A DNA stretch of 17,924 bases. Source: an uncultured bacterium. Lineage in GTDB: Bacteria; Auribacterota; Erginobacteria; Erginobacterales; Erginobacteraceae. A program made the position numbers and the translations under genes. Location of the stretch: NCBI GenBank assembly GCA_963822585.1, contig CAWGIE010000002.1, forward strand, positions 1 to 17,924, read 5' to 3'. Position 1 is the stretch's first letter, and the number at the start of each line of letters is the position of its first letter. Positions 1-7,960 of the stretch are shown here, in pieces. The notes under the pieces are model-generated. The model ran no database searches. It was not told the DNA's origin and was given only the letters and a program-made list of their open reading frames with translations.

Positions 1-46
1 GTTCGTACTCGTCCAACGAAGCCGTCATTCCTGAAAGCTGGATATC

Positions 47-69
47 GACTTCTGCGCGCCGACAAGCAT
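47..69 (+). promoter_or_regulatory. GACTTC-N11-AAGCAT motif, copy 1
   Basis: gacttc 47-52, 11-nt spacer, aagcat 64-69; same boxes and spacing as copy 2. Confidence 0.5.
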
Positions 70-79
70 GTGTGCCGGC

Positions 80-304
80 ATGCCGCACGCCGATGACCAC
101 TCGCGCTCCGAATTGATCCAGCTGCTGCTACTGGATGCGGGTCGGCTGATGGAAGATGTCAGTCCGGAATTCGCCATGGCGCTGCCAGAGACGGCGGAGG
201 CGCTCGACGACAGGATCACATCACTGGAAACCGTCGCGTCCGACCTTCAGGCCCTTGCCTCGGCGGCCCGCGCGCTGTTTCGGATGAGCGGGCAATCCGG
301 CTGA
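80..304 (+). CDS. Small hypothetical protein (about 74 aa from ATG 80; the ORF track starts at ATG 68)
   Basis: Open frame with GC-rich codon usage and helical-looking sequence (MPHADDHSRSELIQLLLLDAGRLMED...); preceded by the same GACTTC-N11-AAGCAT motif that precedes the next gene. Confidence 0.55.
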   Translation: MPHADDHSRSELIQLLLLDAGRLMEDVSPEFAMALPETAEALDDRITSLETVASDLQALASAARALFRMSGQSG

Positions 305-336
305 TCATTATTCTGGTGGGTCTGCACATTCCATTG

Positions 337-359
337 GACTTCCCTGACAAAGGAAGCAT
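337..359 (+). promoter_or_regulatory. GACTTC-N11-AAGCAT motif, copy 2, upstream of the DUF3489-DUF2924-LSR module
   Basis: gacttc 337-342, 11-nt spacer, aagcat 354-359. Confidence 0.5.
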
Positions 360-488
360 TGCTGTCATCACTGAATCGCAGCCGGCACGACCGGCTGCCG
401 CCCTGACGAGCGAGACTGGCAGGGCCTTGGGTGGTGGGAGCGCCCGGCAGGTCGGAGCCAAGGTGCTGTCCACGATGGAGACCACCCC

Positions 489-1051
489 ATGACCAAGACC
501 ATACGCCTCAACGACCTCCAGCTGGTGCTGCTCTCGAATGCAGCTGCACGGGATAATGGCAGCCTTGTGCCACTGCCCGAAAGCTGCGCGGAGGATACGA
601 CCCGCATCGGCAAGGCCGTCACTTCGCTGCTGCGTCGCAAGCTCGTCGAGGAACTGCCGGTCACCGATCGCAGCCTCGCCTGGCGCGAGGAGGATCAGGA
701 CATGATCGGCCTGTTCATCACCGATGCCGGTCGAGCAGCGATCGGAGCAGACGACGAGCAGGAAGCGCAGGACGACGATCGCCAACCCCAGCAAGACTGC
801 GAGGCGCTACCGGTGAGGAAGCCGCATCTGCAAAGTCCGTCTCGCCCCGCGCCGGCAGCAAGATTGCCACGGTCGTGGCCCTGCTCGAACGCGAAGAGGG
901 CGCCACACTCGACGAGATGGTCGAGGCGACCGGCTGGCTGCCGCACACGACGCGCGCGGCGCTGACAGGCCTCAGGAAGAAGGGCCACACCATCGCCAAG
1001 ACCAAGCGCGGCGAGGTGACCTGCTATCGCATCGCAGCGGAGGCGGCCTGA
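489..1051 (+). CDS. DUF3489-like protein (frameshifted near 800-860)
   Basis: RBS ggag 477-480, ATG 489. N-terminus MTKTIRLNDLQLVLLSNAAARDNG; a second frame gives KIATVVALLEREEGATLDEMVEATGWLPHTTRAALTGLRKKG...YRIAAEAA to TGA 1049-1051. The GW-x-x-HT-x-R motif is typical of DUF3489. Confidence 0.8.
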
Positions 1052-1053
1052 CC

Positions 1054-1475
1054 ATGGCGAAGCTCGATGACCAGCTCTCCGAGATCGCGACTGTCGGGCG
1101 AAGGAGACTGCGGCGACCGGTGGGCTCAGCTCACCGGCCGCCCGGTGCCAAGGGTCAGCACCGACGATGCTGCGCCTTGGCGCTGGGCTATGAGATGCAG
1201 GCCAAGGCGCTGGGCGGACTGTCGCGCAGCGCCCGTCAGCAGCTCGAGGGGCGCGCCGCGGCCAAGCCCGTCGCGCCAGGACATCTCGCTCCGGGCATGC
1301 GGCTGTGCGCGAGGGCATGGCGGGTCAGCATGTCGTCACCATCGACGAGGACCGGGAGATCCTCTGGAACGATCGCGAATGGCGACGCTCTCAGCGAGAT
1401 CGCCCGCGCCATCACCGGCACCCGCTGGTCGGGCCCTGCCTTCTTCGGGCTCAGGAACGGAAGGCAGCGGCATGA
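1054..1475 (+). CDS. DUF2924-like protein (several indels)
   Basis: C-terminal LSEIARAITGTRWSGPAFFGL signature; probable stop TGA 1473-1475 overlaps the recombinase ATG (ATGA coupling). Confidence 0.8.
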
Positions 1476-1809
1476 CAAAGATCCGCTGCGCCATCTACAC
1501 CAGGAAGTCGAGCGAGGAAGGTCTTGAGCAGGACTTCAACTCGCTCGATGCCCAGCGCGAGGCCTGCGCCGCCTATATATTGAGCCAGGCATCGGAAGGC
1601 TGGTCGCTGCTGCCCAGCGAGTACGATGACGGTGGCCTCTCGGGCGGAACGCTGGAGCGCCCTGCCCTCAAGCGCCTGCTGGCCGATATCGAAGCGGGCA
1701 AGATCGACATCGTGGTCGTCTACAAGGTCGACCGGCTCACCCGCTCGCTGCTCGATTTTGCAAAGCTGGTCGAGACCTTCGATGCGGCAGGCACCAGCTT
1801 TGTCTCGGT
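1472..1809 (+). CDS. Large serine recombinase, N-terminal catalytic half (interrupted after ...GTSFVSV)
   Basis: MTKIRCAIYTRKSSEEGLEQDFNSLDAQREAC...YDDGGLSGGTLERPALKRLL...VVVYKVDRLTRS: serine recombinase catalytic motifs (Y-x-R-x-S, D-x-G-x-SG, RP, DRL-x-R). Confidence 0.93.
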
Positions 1810-2311
1810 GTCGCCGGACCTGATCTCGACGGTGACCGACGCCGTGCTGGAGGCGGTCACGGAATGGCAGGGGCGGCCACTCGATGCCTGCTACCCGCTG
1901 GTGTTCTTCGACGCGATCCGGGTGAAGATCAGGGACGAAGGCTTCGTGCGCAACAAGGCGGTCTACATCGCGCTCGGCATCCTGCCCGACGGGACCAAGG
2001 AAATCCTCGGCATCTGGATCGAGCAGACCGAGGGTGCCAAGTTCTGGTTGCGGGTGATGAACGAACTCAAGAACCGGGGCGTGTCCGATATCCTGATCGC
2101 CGTCGTCGATGGACTGAAGGGCTTCCCAGATGCGATCAACGCAGTGTTCCCGCAGACGGTGGTCCAGACCTGCATCGTACATCTGATCCGCAACTCGATG
2201 GGCTTTGCTTCCTGGAAGGACCGCAAGGCGATCGCCCAGTCCCTGCGCAGCGTCTATCGTGCCGAGAATGCCGAGGCCGGCCTGGCCGCGCTGGAGGCCT
2301 TCGAGGAAGGT
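1810..2311 (+). mobile_element. 502-bp internal fragment of an IS256-family transposase gene inserted in the LSR gene
   Basis: SPDLISTVTDAV...WQGRPLDACYPLVFFDAIRVKIRD...EGAKFWLRVMNELKNRGVSDILIAVVDGLKGFPDAI...QTCIVHLIRNS is the IS256 DDE core. No transposase N- or C-terminus and no terminal IRs. GGT at 1807-1809 and 2309-2311. Confidence 0.92.
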
Positions 2312-3672
2312 CACCCAGTCGTTCAACACCACCAACTCTATGGGGCGTCTTACCCTCAATATGCTTTTGTCCTTCGCCCAGTTCGAACGCGAGGTCACCG
2401 CCGAGCGTATCCGCGACAAGATCGCGGCCTCGAAGGCCAAGGGCATGTGGATGGGCGGCAATCCGCCGCTCGGCTACCGGCCCGAGGGACGCAGCCTGGA
2501 GATCGTGCCCGAGCATGCCGAGCTCATCCGCCAGCTGTTCACCCGCTACCTTGCCATCGGCAATGTCCGGCTGCTGGCCGAACAGCTGGAAGCGGAAGGC
2601 ACGCAGAGTGCCCGAGCGCACCTCCTCGACCGGCAGGACAGATGGGCGGCGGCGCACTTCTCCCGGGGGCAGATCTACAAGATCCTCTCGAACCCCATCT
2701 ACCTCGGCGAGATCCATCACCGCGGCAAGGTCTACGAGGGGAAGCACGAGGCGATCATCGACGCGAGACCTGTGGGAGCAGGTTCAGGCCCGGCTTGCCG
2801 ACAACACGCAAGGGAACACGGCGCGCCGCCACCATCAAGTCACCCAGCCTGCTCGCCGGTCTGGTGTTCGACGAGCATGGCGAGCCGCTCGTCGCCGCGC
2901 ATGCGTGCAAGCCTGTCCCGAGCAAGGTCGAGGGAGGAAAGGTCCGCTACCGCTACTATGTCAGCCGCTGCCTCCAGCATGATGCATGTGCCGATGCACA
3001 GACGGGGCATCCGCATTCCCGCACGCGAAATCGAGGCGGCCGTGGCAGGCTGCATCGCCGATGCTCTTGCCGATCCCTTCGACATCATGGCAAAGGCAGG
3101 CATCGTTGCTGAAAGCGACAGCCTCGGTTCCACTCTGCAACGCATCGAGACGCTTGCAGACCGTGTCCGCAAGAAGGACCATCGAATATTGCGTGGTCTG
3201 GTCGCCAGGGTGACCGCCCATCCTCGCGAGATCGCGATCGAGCTGTCGGTCGAAGGTCTCTGCCGAGCATCTCGAAACAGAGCCTGCATCGGAGGGGCAC
3301 GCAACCATCGCTCTCACTTCCAATGTCCGACTTAGCCGGACGGGCCTCGCGGTCAGGCTGGTGTACGAGAATGGTCGCGCGGCAACATCCGGCACGCCGG
3401 ATCAGAGCCTCATCCAGCTGCTCAGGCGAGCCAGGGCATGGTGGAAGGAACTGGTCGAGGAGGACATCACCGCTGCAGACCTCGCCCGCCGCCACGGCGT
3501 AACCCGATCCTATGTCTCACGGGTGCTCCGCCTCAGTTTCCTGGCTTCCGACATCACACAAATGATCGCCGCAGGCGAGCAGCCGGCCGCTCTCGATGCG
3601 ACCAGATTGCTGAACCTCCACGACCTTGCTCCATGCTGGTCAGAACAGAAGCGGCAACTCCATCTTGGCTGA
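2312..3672 (+). CDS. Large serine recombinase, C-terminal half (helix E, recombinase domain, C-terminal HTH-like segment); several indels after about 2600
   Basis: (V)TQSFNTTNSMGRLTLNMLLSFAQFEREVTAERIRDKIAASKAKGMWMGGNPPLGY...ILSNPIYLG...GKHEAII...SLLAGLVFD...RYRYYVS...DLARRHGVTRSYVSRVLRL to TGA 3670-3672; possible internal ATG at 2340. Confidence 0.9.
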
Positions 3673-3897
3673 CAGACGATCCCAATACCAGCAATGGCGG
3701 CGCATATGCGCCGCCTGCTCATTCAGACGCGCCGGATTCCAAACCTGCCAAAAGGCGAATTGGGTACTGCGAAAAACGCCGACAGAGAAAACTGGCCGAA
3801 TGGGCCCGAATGGCCTCTCTCATCGCCTCTCCGCGGTACCCGAGAGTACCCGAAATGGCCCGGAACCGGGGCCGTTCAGGCCATTATTATCATTCTA

Positions 3898-3910
3898 TAT
3901 CAATTACTTA
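3898..3910 (+). promoter_or_regulatory. IHF-binding consensus site
   Basis: TATCAATTACTTA matches WATCAANNNNTTR exactly and follows an AT-rich tract (3883-3897) in otherwise GC-rich DNA. Confidence 0.6.
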
Positions 3911-3959
3911 GACTGTGTGGCGGTGGAACCAGTCTGCTGCGAACTGCTCTCCGCCATGC

Positions 3960-4110
3960 TTTCCCTGCGAATCCCGCATTTGCAGCGAAAAATTCAAAAT
4001 TTGCAGGGAAACCTCGCTGCGCCGTAGTCTAAATGGCCCTGATTTCCGGGAAGCTAATGTGGTTTTCCCTACTCGCCGAGCAGGGAAGCGTGCAGGGAAA
4101 GAGCAGCGAA
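3960..4110. repeat. Array of GCAG(G/C)GAA boxes in direct and inverted orientation
   Basis: Direct copies at 3982, 4003, 4080, 4092 and 4103; inverted copies at 3961 (ttccctgc), 4014 (tcgctgc) and 4065 (ttccctac). Confidence 0.75.
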
Positions 4111-4318
4111 CGCTTCATGTGGATCCGCGATCGATCAGGCAAACGCTTTTCGTTGCCCAAAATTCCAAATCGCAAGACCGGTAGCTGCAGATCGGCGGCG
4201 CTCAACGCGCCTATTTTCGCGTCACACACATGACTATCGGTGACCGTTCTTCGGCCGCTGGAATGCCAGCAGCTTCGGACGAAGGGGATTGTCCGGAATC
4301 GGGAGCGGAACTGCGGTA

Positions 4319-4452
4319 AGCTGCCCTTCATTCAGGTCGCCTTATTCGGTCGAGAGAATGGCAGCTATCGCCAAATCCTATCCAAAAGCGGCCTGACCGG
4401 ACACGACAAGAGCGGACATTCAAGTGCCAGCGAGTGATGCCTGAAGGCGGAC
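4319..4452. repeat. Degenerate palindromic repeat cluster A
   Basis: IR agctgcccttc 4319-4329 / gaatggcagct 4356-4366; 4357-4452 aligns with 7961-8061 (hand alignment 35/51 plus 27/38). Confidence 0.65.
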
Positions 4453-4612
4453 ACATATCGTCACCGTAAGCCGGATGGTTTCAGGCGAGGAATTGAAATC
4501 CTTCTGGTTTTCGAGGGCGAGGTACGTCTCTGCCCTAGCCTGATCACCTTACTTTTCCATAGGGTGCATTCGCCTTGGTGGCACCGGCCAGCGAGCTTCG
4601 TACACAGTTCGT

Positions 4613-6328
4613 TTACGCCCCCGACAGCGCCTCGCGGCGCACTACAGTGCCCGGGTATACGCCCATGTGCTCGCCATTGCGGAACGTAACTTGCCCGTTC
4701 TTGATCGTCGCGCGATAGCCTTCAGCCCGCTGCAGCAAGCGAGGACGACCCGCAGGCAAATCAAACTCCAGCCAAGGTGCGGGCAGACGCAAATGGTCAA
4801 AATCGATAACGTTTAGGTCAGCCTTCAGGCCGGACCTGATACGGCCTCTGTCGGCGAAGCCATAGGCCTGCGCCAGATCGCGCGTAAGGCATTTCACCAC
4901 CTGTGCGATCGGCATCCTTGCCCCCCGCGTGCGGTCCCGAACCCAATGCGCCATCATGAAGGTGGGTGCAGACGCGTCAATGACTCGGGTACAATGCGCT
5001 CCACCGTCGGCAAGGCTGACGACGGTGCCCGAATGGCTGACAAGCTTGCCCGAGACACTTAGATCGCCGGCACTGTAATTGGCCAATGCCACGTAGATCA
5101 TGCCATTGCCTTCGTTGCGCATCATCACGTCCCAAGCATATTCCGCCGGCTCCAGCCCCGCCTTTTCGGCGCGCGCGACAATGCTGTCGGTTGCCGGATT
5201 GGGTTCGAAATCCGGATAATCCCCGACTTCATACATGAGGTGCCAAGCGCTGAAGATCTGCTGCTGGAATTCATTGAGCCGCGAAAGCGCCTCGCCATTG
5301 CCTTCGGAAAGCACTTTCGCCTTGAACGCGGGATCCTTCAGCCTTCGGAGGCGTTCAGGCCACGACATGTCGGCAATCGCCTCCATACTGGGGCGGTACA
5401 TGAACGGATTACGGCCGGCGCGCAGTTGCAGCATGTTGCCGATGGCACGGGGAGCGAAGTGGGCGATCAAACGAGCACCCTGCGCTTCGGCCGCCTCGAT
5501 CCCTGCCAGCCGCTGCTCCCAGTTGGTGTCGTTCATCAGGAAGTGAACGGCCGTGCCCGCGCGCTTCGACATCTCTATCATCATCGGCAGATCCTTTTGA
5601 AATTCGCCGATAACGCCGAGATATTGAATCTGCCCGCACCCTGCGCGGCCGACCGCCTCGCTCATCGCGAGCAGTTCATCCCGGTCTGCGAAGCTGCCCG
5701 GAATCAGCCTGCCGTCCTTGAGCCGGTGCACATCGGTGCGGCTGCAGGCGAAGGCCACAGCGCCCGCGCGCAACGCCTCCTCGACAATGCGGCCCATTAT
5801 GTCGAGGTCATGGGCGGTTGCTGGCTCGTCGTTTCTCGCCCGCTCGCTCATGACATAGGCGCGCAACGCGATGTGCGGGACCTGCGCTGCGATATCGAGG
5901 GTGTGTTGCCGCGCGGCAAGCGCATCGAGATATTCCGGGAAGGTTTCCCAATTCCATTGCATGCCGGCGTGCATGGCGTCGCAAGGAATCTCCTCGACAT
6001 CTTCCATGATCTCGATGAGCCAATCCCGGTCTTCCGTGCGCGCAGGGGCAAATCCGACGCCGCAATTTCCGATCACCGCAGTCGTGACGCCATGCCATGC
6101 GGACGGAGCAAGCACGGGATCCCAGGTCAGCTGCGCATCGTAATGCGTATGCAAGTCTATGAAGCCGGGCGTCACGACGAGCCCTGTTGCATCAATTTCC
6201 TCGGTGCCCTTGGTAAGCCCGCTGCCGACTTCCACAATCCTGTCGCCATCGATCGCGACATCGGCCTCGAACGGATCGGCACCGCTTCCGTCGACTACCA
6301 AGCCACCCCGGACCACAAGGTCATACAT
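4613..6328 (-). CDS. Amidohydrolase-superfamily protein, N-acyl-D-amino-acid deacylase (D-aminoacylase)-like, 571 aa
   Basis: Start MYDLVVRGGLVVDGSG with RBS gagga; PGFIDLHTHYD metal motif, HGVTTAVIGNCGVGFAP, ADGGAH, RGRIRSGLKADLNVID. Confidence 0.9.
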   Translation of the reverse strand: MYDLVVRGGLVVDGSGADPFEADVAIDGDRIVEVGSGLTKGTEEIDATGLVVTPGFIDLHTHYDAQLTWDPVLAPSAWHGVTTAVIGNCGVGFAPARTEDRDWLIEIMEDVEEIPCDAMHAGMQWNWETFPEYLDALAARQHTLDIAAQVPHIALRAYVMSERARNDEPATAHDLDIMGRIVEEALRAGAVAFACSRTDVHRLKDGRLIPGSFADRDELLAMSEAVGRAGCGQIQYLGVIGEFQKDLPMMIEMSKRAGTAVHFLMNDTNWEQRLAGIEAAEAQGARLIAHFAPRAIGNMLQLRAGRNPFMYRPSMEAIADMSWPERLRRLKDPAFKAKVLSEGNGEALSRLNEFQQQIFSAWHLMYEVGDYPDFEPNPATDSIVARAEKAGLEPAEYAWDVMMRNEGNGMIYVALANYSAGDLSVSGKLVSHSGTVVSLADGGAHCTRVIDASAPTFMMAHWVRDRTRGARMPIAQVVKCLTRDLAQAYGFADRGRIRSGLKADLNVIDFDHLRLPAPWLEFDLPAGRPRLLQRAEGYRATIKNGQVTFRNGEHMGVYPGTVVRREALSGA

Positions 6329-6356
6329 TCGCACATTCCTCAGGCTGCTGCCTGGT

Positions 6357-6556
6357 TTAGTCCTCTTCGAAAATCTGGATCGCCTTTTCCGGACAGGACT
6401 GGACAGCCAGCCGAACTTCTCTTCGAATTCTTCAGGAACGTTTTCGTCCGCAACATAAGCGTGCCCGTCGTCGTCGTTCACGAGGAAAACGTCGGGACAT
6501 GCCAACATGCACATGAACTGGCCTTGGCAGCGATCGGGATCAACTCTGACCTTCAT
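6357..6556 (-). CDS. Small [3Fe-4S]-type ferredoxin (about 66 aa; one base missing near 6416)
   Basis: MKVRVDPDRCQGQFMCMLACPDVF...; after a one-base shift it continues VRLAVQSCPEKAIQIFEED to TAA, giving the CxxXxxC...CP motif. Directly downstream of the P450. Confidence 0.85.
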
Positions 6557-6559
6557 GGC

Positions 6560-7828
6560 TTAACCCTCCAGTCCCAATCGCCGCGCGAGGACGGGGTCGC
6601 GATTTTCCTTCTTGTCCGGCGGGAAAGTTGCGGGCGCACAGACCCAACCATTGACCACACCCGTCGTGCCGTACTGCTCCGCCTTGTCAACCTCAATGCG
6701 ATAGTCAGGCATCCGTCGCAGGACCTCATTGAGCTGCGCCTGGAAGGACTGACGCGCGACATGCGAACCTAGGCAGCGATGGATGCCCACGCCAAAGCCG
6801 ATATGTGGATTGGGAAAGCGGTCAAGCTTCACCACATCGGGATCCTCGAAATAGGTCGGGTCGCGATTGGCCGAAGCATAAGCGATGAGCACCTTGTCGC
6901 CCTCCGCCATCTTCACCCCGGCCACTTCGGCCGGTTGCTTGAGCGTACGCGACGAGGAGTGGATCGGACAGAAGAAGCGGACGAATTCCTCGCAGGCGAA
7001 CGGCGAGATCTCAGGCTCGTCGATCAGGCGCCTGCGCTCTTCGGGATACTCGCTGAGATAGATGAAAACATTGGCGAGCAGGCTGGTCGTGGTGTCGATG
7101 CCTCCGCCGAGGACTTGCCGGCAGATGTCTCCCAGCACCTCGTCGGAAAAGTAGCTGCCATCAGGATTCTGTGCATTGGCGATGTACGAGATGAGATCCG
7201 TGCCGTCCTTTCCTCGCCTGTCCCGGCAAGCTGCCGCCATCTGGTCCTCGCCCCACTGCAGGCGTACCAGCGCCCGCGCATATTCTGGTGTGCCGGGAAC
7301 GCAATAGATCGCCTCGTGAGAAGGTTCGGCATATTCACGCCACTGTTCGAGTGGCAGGCCCATCATGTGCAGCGTCATGATCGCGGGGAGCGGGTTTGCG
7401 AGATCCTGGATCATGTCGATCTCGCCCTTTTCGATTACCGCATCAACCAGCAGCGATGCGACGAGCTCCGACAAATCCTTGTACTGGGCGACCGCCTTGG
7501 GAGTGAACCAAGGGTTTAGGAGATGCCTGTACATCTTCCATTCCGGAGGATCGGTTTCGTCGGGTATGAGGCGGCCCGAAATCGTCGGCAGCGTGTTGCC
7601 GCCCTGCCAGGTGCCCTCATCGTCCTGCCATTTGGCGGATGAGAATGTATCAGTGTCACGGGCAATGTCGCCGACATCGTCATAGCGGGTGACTACCCAG
7701 TATCCGCCATGCGCCTCGGTCCAGGCGACCGGGCAATTGGCCCGCATCTCCTTGTAGGTCTCTCCCCAGTCCTTCGAATGAGCCGGCGAGTGGTGATCAA
7801 AATCGATGATCTTGACGTCTTGCTTCAT
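6560..7828 (-). CDS. Cytochrome P450 (422 aa)
   Basis: Start MKQDVKIIDFDHH with RBS agaggt; I-helix GGIDTT, ExxR (EEFVR), heme motif FGVGIHRCLG. Confidence 0.95.
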   Translation of the reverse strand: MKQDVKIIDFDHHSPAHSKDWGETYKEMRANCPVAWTEAHGGYWVVTRYDDVGDIARDTDTFSSAKWQDDEGTWQGGNTLPTISGRLIPDETDPPEWKMYRHLLNPWFTPKAVAQYKDLSELVASLLVDAVIEKGEIDMIQDLANPLPAIMTLHMMGLPLEQWREYAEPSHEAIYCVPGTPEYARALVRLQWGEDQMAAACRDRRGKDGTDLISYIANAQNPDGSYFSDEVLGDICRQVLGGGIDTTTSLLANVFIYLSEYPEERRRLIDEPEISPFACEEFVRFFCPIHSSSRTLKQPAEVAGVKMAEGDKVLIAYASANRDPTYFEDPDVVKLDRFPNPHIGFGVGIHRCLGSHVARQSFQAQLNEVLRRMPDYRIEVDKAEQYGTTGVVNGWVCAPATFPPDKKENRDPVLARRLGLEG

Positions 7829-7960
7829 GCCGCAATACCTCTCGGGCAAAACTCTTGGAGCGAGATATGAGACAAGACAAGGCAATTCTTGCAGCTCCCA
7901 GTGGCCTGCCGATTACCAGCCTCGTGGTGTGATGGCGTCTCTGACAGTTTAGTCGTTGCC

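Noticed and set aside
403..416. Hammerhead-like CUGACGA core
   Set aside because: No stem II and no GAAA follow (gcgagac instead); ribozyme topology cannot be built.
1810..2311. Ordinary IS256 insertion into the recombinase
   Set aside because: No terminal IRs, no transposase ends and only a 3-bp repeat, so it is not a transposition product of the IS.
3929..3951. Guide-like matches (ccagtc, ctctc) between the downstream block and the LSR internal junction, suggesting bridge-RNA-style targeting
   Set aside because: Matches of 5-6 nt are expected by chance, and no convincing match to the IS256 breakpoints was found; covariation across homologues would be needed.
3947..3956. ctctccgcca resembling a tRNA 3' end or att remnant
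   Set aside because: No T-arm (GTTCRA) or cloverleaf upstream; ten bases are insufficient and are explained by the local hairpin.
3960..4452. CRISPR array or classical integron attC array
   Set aside because: Repeats are short, degenerate and irregularly spaced; no cas genes, no IntI and no attC consensus ends.
4613..6556. 647-aa ferredoxin-amidohydrolase fusion in the ORF track
   Set aside because: One missing base near 6416 explains it: the shifted frame completes the ferredoxin (SCPEKAI...stop at 6357), and the amidohydrolase has its own RBS and ATG at 6328.
5240..6772. Long antisense ORFs (also 1451-2461, 10171-11556, 13926-15482)
   Set aside because: Shadow frames opposite well-supported genes in GC-rich DNA, with no recognisable motifs.
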